Notes: generated by a model not told the origin, from the letters alone. DNA of 64,000 nucleotides from Octopus sinensis (GCF_006345805.1 NC_043023.1:16430001-16494000); one strand, 5' to 3'. Shown: positions 24,553 through 38,092, counted from the stretch's first letter. Numbers and translations are program-made.

Positions 24553-26867
24553 GGATCTTTTCCGTTTACCGGCAGTTTTTTAAAATAATTTCCAACTAAC
24601 TAAACACTTTTAAACTTCGTATACTGGTAGAATGTGTTTATAAACCATCTTTTTCTCTTGGCTTTATTGAGAAAATTCTATAGTTTGTAAGATATTTGGG
24701 ATCTTTTCGGTTTGAACGGCAGTTTTTTAAAATAATTTCCTCGTAACTAAACACTTTTAAACTTCGTATACTGGTAGAATGTGTTTATAAAACATCTTTT
24801 TCTCTTGGCTTTATTGAGAAAATTCTATGATTTGTAAGATATTTGGGTCTTTTCTGTTTGACCGGCAGTTTTTTAAAATAATTTCCAACTAACTAAACAC
24901 TTTTAAACTTCGTATACTGGTAGAATGTGTTTATAAAACATCTTTTTCTCTTGGCTTTATTGAGAAAATTCTATGATTTGTAAGATATTTGGGTCTTTTC
25001 TGTTTGACCGGCAGTTTTTTTAAATAATTTCCAACTAACTAAACACTTTTAAACTTCGTATACTGGTAGAATGTGTTTATAAAACATCTTTTTCTCTTGG
25101 CTTTATTGAGAAAATTCTATAGTATGTAAGATATTTGGGATCTTTTCCGTTTGACCGGCAGTTTTTTAAAATAATTTCCAACTAACTAAACACTTTTAAA
25201 CTTCGTATACTGGTAGAATGTGTTTATAAAACATCTTTTTCTCTTGGCTTTATTGAGAAAATTCTATAGTTTGTAAGATATTTGGGTCTTTTCGGTTTGA
25301 ACGGCAGTTTTTTAAAATAATTTCCACGTAACTAAACACTTTTAAAGTTCGTATACTGGTAGAATGTGTTTATAAAACATCTTTTTCTCTTGGCTTTATT
25401 GAGAAAATTCTATAATTTGTAAGACATTTGTTGTTTTTCTTTCTTCAATTTCCGCAATTTCAACCAATCAATGGACGTCTATTGAGGTAAAAAACATTGT
25501 AACATATTTCGTAATAAATATTGTAACATATTTCGTCTAAAATTTCCTGCATTTCGGCAATTTTAACCAATCAATTACCTCCATTGACGTAAACAACATT
25601 CTGTGCATAATGAATATGTCCCTCGTTTAAGAAACAGATTGGGTTTATTTACATTTATGAAGAAAAAAGATACCCTTCCTCCACCCCAAACCCTAACCCT
25701 AACTCTAAATCTAAATCTAAAATAGATTGAAATGCAATAGATCGATACTAGGGTTATAATTATGGGTGACAACTTCATACGACACTGCTATAAAAAACTT
25801 AGCATTTCAATCTATTTTAGATTTAGGGTTAGGGGTGGGGGGAAGGGTACCTTTTTTTCTTCACAAATGTAACTAAACCCAATCTGTTTCATAAAGAAGG
25901 GACATATTCATTATGTACAGAATGTTATTTACCTAAATGGACGCCAGTGATTGGTTAAAATTGCCGAAATGCAAGAAATTAAAGACGAAATATCTTACAA
26001 CCTATAGAATTTTCTCAATAAAGCCAAGAGAAAAAGATGTTTTATAAACACATTCTACCAGTATACGAAGTTTAAAAGTGTTTAGTTACGTGGAAATTAT
26101 TTTAAAAAACTGCCGTTCAAACCGAAAAGATCCCAAATATCTTACAAACTATAGAATTTTCTCAATAAAGCCAAGAGAAAAAGATGTTTTATAAACACAT
26201 TCTACCAGTATACGAAGTTTAAAAGTGTTTAGTTACGTGGAAATTATTTTAAAAAACTGCCGTTCAAACCGAAAAGATCCCAAATATCTTACAAACTATA
26301 GAATTTTCTCAAGAAAGCCAAGAGAAAAAGATGTTTTATAAACACATTCTACCAGTATACGAAGTTTAAAAGTGTTTAGTTACGTGGAAATTATTTTAAA
26401 AAACTGCCGTTCAAACCGAAAAGATCCCAAATATCTTACAAACTATAGAATTTTCTCAAGAAAGCCAAGAGAAAAAGATGTTTTATAAACACATTCTACC
26501 AGTATACGAAGTTTAAAAGTGTTTAGTTACGTGGAAATTATTTTAAAAAACTGCCGTTCAAACCGAAAAGATCCCAAATATCTTACAAACTATAGAATTT
26601 TCTCAAGAAAGCCCAGAGAAAAAGATGTTTTATAAACACATTCTACCAGTATACGAAGTTTAAAAGTGTTTAGTTACGTGGAAATTATTTTAAAAAACTG
26701 CCGTTCAAACCGAAAAGATCCCAAATATCTTACAAACTATAGAATTTTCTCAATAAAGCCAAGAGAAAATGGTGTTTTATAAACACATTCTACCAGTACA
26801 GGAAGTTTAAAACTTTTTAGTTACCTAGAAATTATGTTACAAAGTGCCGTTCAAAAGGAAAAGATCC
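24553..26867. repeat. 2.3-kb palindrome: two head-to-head MITEs, each with six ~147-bp terminal repeats
   Basis: Left units at 146-147-bp spacing from 24553. Right GATCC at 26129, 26276, 26423, 26570, 26717 and 26863. Centre near 25800. Confidence 0.9.
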
Positions 26868-28006
26868 GATTCCGTGTAATTTCCATAGTGTGTGTGTGCC
26901 TGTTCTGTTTTTATCTACAAAATCCACTCACAATGCTTTGGTCGACCCGTGGAAGACACTTGCCCAATGTGTCAAGCAGTGGGAATGAACCCGGAACCAT
27001 GTGATTGGTAAGCAAGCTACTTACCACACAGCCACTCATGCGCCTTTGGTGAAAGTTTCGTTAAAAAGTATGAACTTCTTGGAAGTTTTGAGGCAACAAA
27101 GTCGGTGGGGTATTAAACTGTAGGTATGCCTCTTGTTCAATAAACCTTAACGGTAACTTCCGTTGATTTTCCAAAGAATTAACGAAGTGAACTTTTAGAT
27201 TAACCGTGCCCACCTCTGTATATATGTATAGGCTTGTATGGGTCCGTATGTATAATAAGTATGTATACGAGTGTCGTACGAGAAGGTACGAGACCTAATG
27301 ATGTTTATTTTTGAACATAGTACCCCCTCGCCCATACATCCCAACCGTCGAAGCTGCAGTGGTTAATTCTATTGGTGGCGAACTTTGCACTCTTTTTAGT
27401 CTTCGACAGCAGATGCTACGTCGTCGTTACTGCAATACTTGTTCTCGGGTAAGTGTTTTTAAATTCCAATGTTGGGCAGGGCCGTCGAGGCCCTAAGCTC
27501 TTAAAAGATTTGGGTATCTCCGTAAAAGATTATGTAATTCGAAATATTAAACGAATCTTTTCGGTTTGAATCGGAACAACATTTTCTATGAATTCCTATG
27601 ATCTCCTAATATGCTATAAAATCCTTTTTCGAGTCCCGAAATCGGGGTGGGGTGAGGTGGAAACCTCAGAAATTTCACCCGCACCCCTATTAAGCTTTTC
27701 ACCTGCACGATTTTCACCGAGGGAAAAAAACTCCAGCAAAATAATAACAACAAGAACAACAATAATAATAATGGAATTATTGTATACCGTGCTCAGGTGC
27801 ACCACAACTTGTCAAAACAAAAAACCATTATACATCATCATCATCTTTTAACATCTACTTTCCATGCTGGCATGGGTTGGATGGTTTGATAAAGGACTGT
27901 GTGTGTGTGTGTGTGAGCCTGTACATCTGAGAGAAAAGAAAATATTTGTCAACAGAAAAGTTTACAAATTTTGCATCAAAATAAGGGCGATCCTTCGGCA
28001 TTTCTC

Positions 28007-28121
28007 TACCGGGTTCAGTTCCACTGCGTGGCATCTTGGGCAAGTGTCTTCTGCTATAGCCCCGGGCCGACCAATGCCTTGTGAGTGGATTTGGTAGACG
28101 GAAACTGAAAGAAGCCTGTCG

Positions 28122-28164
<43 letters not shown>

Positions 28165-28365
28165 TTGTGTGCCTGTGTTTGTCCCCCTAGCATTGCTTGA
28201 CAACCGATGTTGGTGTGTTTACGTCCCCGTCACTTAGCGGTTCGGCAAAAATGAGACCGATAGAATAAGTACTGGGCTTACAAAGAATAAGTCCCGGGGT
28301 CGATTTGCTCGACTAAAGGCGGTGCTCCAGCATGGCCGCAGTCAAATGAAACAAGGTAAAGAGAG
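28007..28365 (+). mobile_element. Family A SINE, 5'-truncated
   Basis: CCGGGTTCAGTTCCACTGCG…GCAGTCAAATGAAACAAG. Confidence 0.75.
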
Positions 28366-28399
28366 AGTGCCTGTATTCGGGTGTGTCTGTATTTTAAAA

Positions 28400-28785
28400 C
28401 TAGCTGTATCGCCCGGCGTTGCTCAGGTTTGTAAGGGAAATAACTATAAAGCATTTTTAGAGAGTTATAGCCAAAAAATAGCAAAAAAATGGAAAAAAAT
28501 GATGGTAAATATTTTTTTGAGAGTCAAAAAAGGATGGAGCTGCGTCCCCTAGACAATTTGTGGTTCGTGTTTCTGATTCTCAACCCCATGTCGAATTTAT
28601 CGATTTTTTTCAGAACTGGGGAAACTTTTCAAAATTTTCGCTGCGTTAGTTTTGAATTATGACATTGGGCTATGTGTGTGTCAAGTTTCATCAGAATCGG
28701 TTGAAAGCCGTGGTCGGGGTGAGGGTACAAGCAAACAGACACACAGAAACACGCACAGACAAACTGCCGTTTATATATAGAGAGA
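28400..28785 (-). mobile_element. Helitron-like non-autonomous element
   Basis: Minus strand: TC start, subterminal hairpin (GAGCAACGCCGGGCG) and CTAG end; related to 34762-35133. Confidence 0.7.
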
Positions 28786-28989
28786 TACACACACCCATAT
28801 TCTCTCTCTTTCACCTTCTCCCTCCCTCTATTCCCCATTATACACACACACACACACACTCTCTCTCTCTCTCCACTTCATTTACCAATAATGTAAATAC
28901 AGAAAACGCACACACCCATATTCCCTCTCTTTCACCTTCTCCATCCCTCTATCTCCCTATCACTCCCTCTGAATCCACAGCATCTAAGC

Positions 28990-29211
28990 CAGTGCTTTTC
29001 AGCCTTTTTGCTGGAGCGGAACCCCAAGGAAGCATTCCACTGGCTCGAGGAACCCCTGTGCAATAATTTAATTGTCTTATTATGCACACATATCTGCACA
29101 GGAGAATTAAAAATTACTGTCGATTTTAGCAGTTTTGTAACAGCTTGCGGAACCCCTGGACTGTACTGACGGAAGCCTAAGGTTCCGCGGAACCCTGGTT
29201 GAAAACCACAG
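28990..29211. mobile_element. hAT-type MITE
   Basis: CAGTGCTTTTCAGCC … GGTTGAAAACCACAG termini, with CATCTAAGC duplicated on both flanks. Confidence 0.75.
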
Positions 29212-29405
29212 CATCTAAGCAGTATTCGTTGCATCCATTTTTCTGGAAGTTACGACGCACCAAAGTCGAGGAGGTCACGCATCTGGAGTTACGCCAAATA
29301 AAATTACGTATTTTATTTATATAGAAATAGCAAGTAATTCGTACTGGAAACTGAAACTTATGGGCAAAGGCAATGTTTCGTTTGTAGTAGCACGCTTGTA
29401 GCACG

Positions 29406-29999
29406 TTTCCGTCGATTTCCGTAAAAAACTATTATTTTTTTACATATGGGTTTGCGGGAATATTTGAAGTAATGAGAGCGAAAGAGACTAAGAGAAAGCG
29501 ATTTTATGACGAGGGAAGTTCTTTTGAAGTTACCATCCAGGGGAAGCATTGATGTACATGTGTGTGTGTGTGTGTGTTTGATGGGGTGTGGGAGACAGAC
29601 AGTATGTTGTGTAAGTGAAGTGCTTCTGTTAGTGTGTGCGAAGAGACAGACATACATATACACATACACCGAGTAAAAAATTACGATGAATCGGCCATAC
29701 ATACACACACACACTTACACACACACACACATACATGCAGACATATACACATACACCGAGTAAAAAATCAGTTATCTCTCTCTTTCACACATTACTCTCT
29801 GTCTCTTCGCACACACTAACAGAAGCACTTCACTTACACAACATACTGTCTGTCTCCCACACCCCATCAAACACACACAGGCCGACTTCAAAGAGAAACC
29901 TTCTCGTCGTAAAATCGCTTCCTCTTAGTCTCTTTCGCTCTCATTACTTATGTAAAAAAATAAAGGTATTTTACGGAAATCGACGGAAATCGACGGAAA
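29406..29999. mobile_element. ~600-bp foldback of the same family as 19479 and 31018
   Basis: The internal segment is itself duplicated in inverted orientation. Confidence 0.75.
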
Positions 30000-30720
30000 T
30001 CTGAGCTACGACATACGAAACTTCGCCTAAATTAATTTATCAATTAAGAAAAAAAGACGAAAGGCTAAAAGTAGGGTCAGGGTTAGTGTTAGTGAATGTT
30101 TTTAAAACAAAGTCAATAAAACTCAAAGTATGGATCGACTAGTCATGACTAGCTTTGCGGATGCATGACTACACAAGTGCGCGCGCCGTGACGTCTATAC
30201 TCAAGTAGTCCCGCCCCTTCGTCTGTGCCATAAGAGAAGTTTGTTTCAGTGAATGAGGTCGTTTACCAAAACTGAAGAATTACGTCTGGAAATCTTTCGG
30301 CTTTGGCTGCAGAAGCGTCGAATTTGATCAGCGGATTGTTCGTAAATTCCCGTAAAAAATTATTTTATTTTCTTTTATTTTGATGATGAGTGGAAGGCGA
30401 TATTTGCTTCTGAGAGGAGAAAGTGAAAGATGTGTGTCCCTGTTTATGAAAGATAACGGATGTACGCGCAATCACGCCATATTCAGCTGTATCTACTTGT
30501 AGTTAATCACACCCAAACACACATCTACACTCATTATCTTTCATATACATCAGACAGTTTTTGCTCCATACTAGCAAAAACTGTCTCATGAACGGCAACG
30601 AGAAACTCAGAGTAACAGATTTTGTTGAATTTTCTGCTGCTTAAAATAAAGCATATTACTCTACCACTGGTATTTGAGTACTCTTTTTTCCACCTTGTTT
30701 CACATTTATGTGTTTACTCC

Positions 30721-30722
<2 letters not shown>

Positions 30723-30802
<80 letters not shown>
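30723..30802. repeat. (TA)40 microsatellite
   Basis: Uninterrupted TA run. Confidence 0.95.
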
Positions 30803-30805
<3 letters not shown>

Positions 30806-30896
30806 TTTAGGGTAGCAAAAAATTCTAGAAAAAAATTCTCCGCTACCAGCAGTCAAGTGAGAGAGAAAACATAGTCAATAGACTCTGTAATATACA

Positions 30897-31549
30897 TTCA
30901 AGCATATAAGGGATGGTCATAATAGGACATTCGACTCACTAGAAAGAGCAGTTAAACTCCAAACCACTAATAGTTGTAATTCTGAAATGGAAAGAGAAAT
31001 AAAAGGGTAAACGTTTTGGCGATCTTTCGTCTCTAGTAGACCTTTCCGTCGATTTCCGTAAAAAAAATTTTTTTTTTACATATGGGCTTGCGGGAACTTT
31101 TGAAGTAATATACATACATATACACATACACCGAGTACAAAATTTCAGTTATCTCTTTCTTTCACACATTACTCTCTCTGTCTCTTCACACACACTAACA
31201 GAAGCACTTCACTTACACAACATACTGTCTGTCTCACACACCCCATCAAACACACACCCACATGTACATCAATGCTTCGGTAACTTCAAAAGAACTTCCC
31301 TCGTCATACAATCGCTTTCTCTTAGTCTCTTTCGCTCTCATTACTTCAAAAGTTCCCGCAAGTCCATATGTAAAAAAAAATTTTTTAAGGAAATCGACGG
31401 AAAGGTCTACTAGAGACGAAAGATCGCCAAAACGTTTACCCTTTTATCTCTCTTTCCATTTCAGAATTACAACTATTAGTGGTTTGGAGTTTAACTGCTC
31501 TTTCTAGTGAGTCGGATGTCCTATTATGGCCATGCCTTATATGTTTGCA
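30897..31549. mobile_element. Foldback element: inner GGCGATC…GATCGCC unit (31018-31428) plus 121-bp outer inverted arms
   Basis: 30897-31017 is the reverse complement of 31429-31549. Confidence 0.85.
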
Positions 31550-32554
31550 ATTATATATATATATAAAACTTAGAACTTAGATATGTTTCGACCAAGGATT
31601 GGTCCAGGCCATGTCTAACTTAATAGCACCACCTGATAGGATTATCTAAATCCTGTTTGAGTCAAGTTTTGTTCAAGTAGTGAGTTCTTGTTGGGTGAGT
31701 TGTATCCAATTATGGGTGGCTTATCTGGTATTCTTTGAAGGAATCTATCCAGACTCCGTTTAAAGTTGATGGGATCCTTTTCCTCTTTGATCTCCCTCGG
31801 GACAATGTTAAATAGGGCAGGGCCTGTTGAGGAAAAGAAATTATGTTGCAGTGTGTATATATATATATATATATTAATTTATCTCCCTCATTATTTATAT
31901 ATATATATCGACTACTTACTTGGACGATGAAACCGTCCAGCACGCTTTTGTACATTGTCGGCAGCTGTCAAGCTTCATAAGTTACGCAGAATACGTGTTA
32001 TCGCATCTGGGACGAGTACAGCTGTCGGCTGAGTCTATAATTAAGATGATACCTATTTAGTCTATAATTAAGATGATACCTATTTAGTCTATAATTAAGA
32101 TGATATCTATTTCTTTATTACCCACAAGGGGCTAAACATAGAGGGGACAAACAAGAACAGACATAGGTATTAAGTCGATTACATCGACTCCAGTGCGTAA
32201 CTGGTACTTAATTTATCGACCCCGAAAGGATGATAGGCAGGCACTAGTCGTGAAGACTGGACCCTGTACGCGCATCCGCGCTAGCTAGTCGCCAAAAAAT
32301 TATTTACTTTGTTCGACATAAAAGGTCGGAAGTCTAAACACTTCAGCATCATAAATTTCCCAGAACTAAATAATACCACTTGACATTTGAACTGTACCTA
32401 CTTAATATAGAGTGTAGAATTCACGTACGCATGCTTTTATGTATGTATGCATGCACACACACACACATACACACATTGTGTACGCTCAACCTTAAGGCTA
32501 ACTTTCCACTAAGATTTCCTTCCAAAAATTCTTGTGGCCAAATATTATGTTATC

Positions 32555-32771
32555 TATTCTCTTTTACTCTTTTACTTCTTTCGGTCATTTGACTGAGGCC
32601 ATGCTGGAGCACCGCCTTCAGTTGAGCAAATCGACCCCTGGACTTATTCTTCGTAAGCACAGTACTTATTCTATCGGTCTCTTTTGCTGAACCACTAAGT
32701 TACAGGAACATAAACACACCAGCATCGGTTGTCAATCTATGTTGGGGGGACAAACACAGACACACAAACAT

Positions 32772-32807
<36 letters not shown>

Positions 32808-33130
32808 CGGGCTTCTTTCAGTTTCCGTCTACCAAATCCACTCACAAGGCTTTGGTCAACATGGGGCCACTTGCCCAAGGTGTCACACAGTGGGACTGAA
32901 CCCGGAACCATGTGGTTGGTAAACAAGCTACTTACCACACAGCCACTCCTACACCTACATATATACGACAGGCTTCTTTCAGTTTCCGTCTACCAAATCC
33001 ACTCACAAGGCTTTGATCAGCCCGAGGCCATAGTAGAAGACACTTGCCCAAGGTGCCACGCAGTGGGAATGAACCCAGAACCATGTGGCTGGTAAACAAG
33101 TTACTTACCACACAGCCACCCCTGCACCTA
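32555..33130 (-). mobile_element. Family A SINE with multiple heads
   Basis: CTTACCACACAGCCAC occurs at ~32931 and ~33104, followed by one body. Confidence 0.75.
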
Positions 33131-33569
33131 TTCGTGTATGTAGTTTTAATTTAGAATGGATCGCTTGAAATAATTAAGAATAAGACTGTTAATTAGCTTA
33201 TTTTAATTAAGTAATGTAAACGTTTTATAAAATATATTTATGGTATTTCATTATCGTTATTTCAATCAGTCATCATCATTAATTTTAACAGCTTGAAATA
33301 ATTAAGAATAAGATTGTTAATTAGGTTTATTTTGAAGCTTATTTCTTTAAGCGATTTAGGATGGCTGTGTGGTAAGAAGCTTGCATTCCAGCCACATTGG
33401 TTCGGTCACACTGCGTGGCTCTTAGATCAGGTGTTTGCTACTAAAACCATGGGGCACTCAAAGCCTTGTGAGTGGATTTGGTAGAAAGAAAATGAAAGAA
33501 GCCTGTCACAAGTATATGTGTGTATATACATATATATATAGACATATACAAAATAAGAAAAATCAAAAT

Positions 33570-34120
33570 CAAAAATCAAAATCGATCAACATGAATGGAA
33601 ATTGTAGATGTGATACCAGTGCCGGTGGCACATAAGAGAACCATCCGAACGTGGCTGTTGCCAGCGCCGTCCCGACTGGCCTCTGTGCTGGTGGCACGTA
33701 AAAAGCACCATACGATCGTGGCCGTTTGCCAGCCTCGCCTGGCCTCTGTGCCGGTGGCGCGTAAAAAGCACCATCCGATCGTGGCCGTTTGCCAGCCTCG
33801 CCTGGCCTCCGTGCCAGTGGCATGTAAAAAGCACCATCCGATCGTGGCCGTTTGCCAGCCGCACTTCGCCTCCGTGCCGGTGGCACGTAAAAAGCACCAT
33901 CCGATCATGGCCGTTTGCCAGCCTCGCCTCGCTTCCGTGCCAGTGGCACGTAAAAAGCACCCACTACACTCACAGAGTGTTTGGCGTTAGGAAGGGCATC
34001 CAGCTGTAGAAACATTGCCAGATCAGACTGGGCCTGGTGCAGCCTTCTGGCTTCCCAGACCCCAGTTGCACCGTCCAACCCATGCCAGCATGGAAAGCGG
34101 ACGCTAAATGATGATGATGA
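33570..34120 (+). mobile_element. (ATG)n-tailed SINE-like element, family D, with internal 63-bp tandem repeats
   Basis: AAAAAGCACC at 33700, 33763, 33826, 33889 and 33952; GGCGTTAGGAAGGGCATCCAGC core; …AAATGATGATGATG tail. Confidence 0.8.
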
Positions 34121-34140
34121 GGAGGAGGAATAGATTCCTT

Positions 34141-34570
34141 AGAATCATCATCTTACAGATAATACCAATTCATATAATTTATTAACTAATTAAATAGGAA
34201 CATCCAAATCCAACAGAGTAAAACAGAATAAAACAATATACATCAATGAGATTATACCATAAAAATAATACATATAAAATGGATCTTACAGCTGTTTCAG
34301 CCTGTAGATAAGGGTATCTCATTATGCCCATATTAGTCAGATGTATTGAGGTAATATGCAGTTAAAAATGAGTTACTTATATATATATATCTCAAGGCCT
34401 AGGCTGAAACAGCTTTAAGATCCATTTTATGTGTATTATTTTTATGGTATTATCTTACTTATAGATGTATATTGTTTTATTCTGTCTTATTCTGTTGGAT
34501 TTGGATGTTCCTATTTAATTAGTTAATAAATTATATGAATTGGTATTATCTGGAAGTTGATGATTGAAAG
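34141..34570. mobile_element. Foldback with ~160-bp arms and a partial hammerhead motif
   Basis: 34141-34300 is inverted relative to 34400-34570; inner ends read GAAAC-AGCT-(G/T)TA-AGATCC. Confidence 0.7.
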
Positions 34571-34761
34571 AAATCTATTCCTCCATTTTCTTATTTTGTA
34601 TTATGAATTTCAGGTAAAACATTTTACCTTCGCCCATATAATACAATAAATGAATTGCATTGCAATTCTTAGCATTTCTGGGTACTTTATTGGCAGTATA
34701 TTGGATAAATGATATCCCATAGTGGGTTACACTCATAACCCCTATCTCACTCTGTACTATA

Positions 34762-35133
34762 TCTTTATATATAAAAGAGAGGTTGTGTGCTGTCTGTCTC
34801 CTATGATTTAGATTCCTAACTACTCCCACATTTTGCGGTGCAGTTTAACCAAAACCGGGTATCTTATAGTCGTGATTCATATCAAGCCCTTCTGGGTATT
34901 AGCACGCGTCTACGATTTAAAAAAAAATTTACCATCATTTTTTTCGCTATTATATAAGGGAAGTAACTCTCTAAAAATGTCTACGATGAGTCAACGATTT
35001 AAAAAAAAATTTACCATCATTTTTTTTCCATTTTTAATGCATTTTTTGGCTATTTTTTTGGCTATAACTCTCTAAAAATGCTTATATAGTTATTTCCCTT
35101 ACAAACCCGAGCAACGCCAGGCGATACTGCTAG
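34762..35133 (+). mobile_element. Helitron-like non-autonomous element, both ends present
   Basis: A|TCTTTATATATAAAAG … CCCGAGCAACGCCAGGCGATACTGCTAG|T, inserted at an AT dinucleotide. Confidence 0.75.
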
Positions 35134-35624
35134 TATATATATATATATATATATTTACACGATAGGCTCTTTTCAGTTTCTATGTGTGTGTGTGTGTTTA
35201 TCTTTGGTCTCTGTTTAATCATCCTGTCCCCACTTGTCAGCAGGTGTTGATGTGATAAGGTCCCCCTAATTTAGTGTTTCGGCAAAAAGATATCAATACA
35301 ATTAGTTCTAGGCTTAAAAATAAGTCCTGGGGTCAATTTGTTTGACTAAATCGCTTTGAGATGACGCTCCAGCATGGCCACAGTCAAATTGCTGAAAGAA
35401 GTAAAGGCATATCTACACAAGTTGTGGTGCACCTGAGCACTGTATACAATAATTTCATTATATTTAAGTGCATCCCCCCCCACGTCCATACACCTTTCTT
35501 TCCTCATATCGTCCAGAAAAATGAATATTCTTTTAAAGGAAATTTGCAACAAATATGCTTCAGATGTTGTAGATTACAATTATATTGAAATCTATTCTAA
35601 AAAAAAAAAAAAATTGATGGGCAC

Positions 35625-36150
35625 AGGAGTGGCTGTGTGGTAAGTAGCTTGCTTACCAACCACATGGTTCCGGGTTCAGTCCCACTGCATGGCATCTTGG
35701 GCAAGTGTCTTCTGCTATAGCCTCGGGCCGACCAATGCCTTGTGAGTGGATTTGGTAGACGGAAACTGAAAGAAGCCTGTCGTATATATGTGTGTGTTTG
35801 TGTGTCTGTGTTTGTCCCCCTAGCATTGCTTGACAACCGATGCTGGTGTGTTTACATCCCCGTAACTTAGCAGTTCGGCAAAAGAGACCGATAGAATAAG
35901 TACTGGGCTTACAAAGAATAAGTCCTGGGGTCGATTTGCTTGATTAAAGGCGGTGCTCCAGCATGGTCGCAGTCAAATGACTGAAACAAGTAAAAGAGTA
36001 AAAAGAGTAAACCTAGCGGTTCGGCATAAGAGACCGATAGAATAAGTACTGGGCTTACAAAGAATAAGTCCTGGGGTTGATTTGCTCGATTAAAGGCGGT
36101 GCTCCAGCATGGCCTCAGTCAAATGACTGAAACAAGCAAGAGAGAAAGAG
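35625..36150 (+). mobile_element. Family A SINE with duplicated 3' part
   Basis: Full head, then the GCGGTTCGGC…GGAAACAAG-type 3' block twice. Confidence 0.8.
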
Positions 36151-37799
36151 ATGGGTTTGCACACACACACACACACATACTGACAGATAACATTTTTCTA
36201 TCAAAATTTCAAGTTTCAATTCACGATGTGTATGTAATTATGTATGTGTGTGAGCCCACAAATTTTGTTTACGTATTAAATTCTGATATAATCGTCACCT
36301 TCACAATCCGAATAATATTTGTAGAAAATTCCACTAAAGAAATATCCATTTTTCCAAAAATTATGAGGAAATAAAACCAACTGATGTGAATTTTCCAAAA
36401 CTTTTCACCCCACCCTCAGAAAACTTTTTCACAACAAATTCCAATATATCCATTAATATCCATTTGTCAGAAAGTTATGAGTAAAGAAAGGTTTGTGATT
36501 TAAGGGAGATCTGCCTGTTGTTTCTAACACATCCCACAACCACCTTTCTTGTTTCTTCCTCACTCTAACATGTATTCATGTTTTTCAATATTTTTGTCCC
36601 CATAAAAGCATTTATGCTGTTAAAACAAATTGGTTTTAAAATTTGATTTTTGGTAGAATTCTGGTTTAAGAACCCCATATAACCCCTCATAACCTTTTTT
36701 AACTTTTTGGAATAAAAAAAAAAATTCAGTACATTTTCAGTAAAATATTCAAAACTAAAGTTTTTCAATTTTATATTTCAGCTGATGTAGAGAAACTAAG
36801 TTCCTTTTGTTGCTTGCATTTCCCAGTTGATTCTTGAAAATTTCCATTGCATCAAGCCATAAGTACAAGGTATGTTGGAATAAAAGAGATTTTGCTGTAA
36901 ATGTTTGTAGTGGATCTTGCTAGCATGAAGTGGATTCGATCCACCATAGCCGAATTTAAATTAACACTGCAACAAAACTTTTCCCATGGTGGAACAATGG
37001 TTTTTTTTTCTCTGACAGCAGTTTTACATTTTCCAGATGCCTTTAGCTAGGCCGAAATAATGTCTTCACTACTTGACCCTTTCTAACCTTTTCTACTTCA
37101 CCAAAAGCTAGAATAGAGATAACAAAACCACCAACTAAATCTATGATATATCTATCCTTCTGGTTAGTTATAAAAGCAAGAACACCCCAAGCAAAAATCA
37201 GTAAGTCAACTCCTGTGATAACACAACAAGTTCAGTCACTTTGGTGATGACTCACCAAGTTAGCCACTACAATGATAACTCAGTGAGAACAAAGTCTGGC
37301 TGACCAGCTAGAACCTTGTTCAGAGGGAGAAATGAAGTTTACTGTCAGCAACTGCGAGACAACGTCCCACACCTTACAACTCTCTCTAGCTCTAATTCTG
37401 TTCTCTTACAACATCATTCTATCTCTCTCTCTGGAATTACTACTAAACAATGAAGAGGATACAAACACAAACTTTACTTCGCATGCTTTTGGATTTTTCA
37501 AAACCTGCCCGTCGATGCAAGTTATTGGTAATGTAACAATAAATAAATATTTCCTTAAAACTTCATGCCTTGTTCCTCTTTGACATCCTACAGTATGCAA
37601 TTATAACAACAAATTTTCATCGTCACAAATGCTGACAATCGACACATCGTAATATTGTTTACTAATCAATTTCTACCGTTACAATTACTGACCCTCAACT
37701 TCAACTAAAAATTTTATCGTTACAAATAGTCTAATAAAAATATACCCGTTACAACTTGTGGCCCCGAAGAAGAGCATTGTAGCCTTCACAAAGATTAAC

Positions 37800-38092
37800 T
37801 GCAAGCCAGCGCCGCCTCGACTACCTTCCGTACCGGTGGCACGTAAAATACACCAATCCGACCGTGGCCGTTGCCAGCCTCGCCTGGCACCTGTGCAGGT
37901 GGCACGTAAAAAGCACCCACTACACTCACGGAGTGGTTGGCGTTAGGAAGGGCATCCAGCTGTAGAAACATTGCCAGATAAGACTGGAGCCTGGTGCAGC
38001 CTTCTGGCTTCCCAGACCCCAGTTGAACCGTCCAACCCATGCTAGCATGGAAAACAGACGTTAAACGATGATGATGATGATGATGATGATGA
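37800..38092 (+). mobile_element. Family D SINE-like element
   Basis: Same core and (ATG)n tail as 33570-34120. Confidence 0.75.

Noticed and set aside
24553-26867. CRISPR-like appearance of regular repeats
   Set aside because: Contiguous 147-bp units with no unique spacers, no cas genes, and a eukaryotic context.
30622-30874. IY/YI-repeat ORFs
   Set aside because: Translations of the (TA)40 microsatellite.
33569-33990. Four overlapping 105-131-aa ORFs
   Set aside because: A by-product of a GC-rich 63-bp repeat (a multiple of 3) inside a dispersed element.
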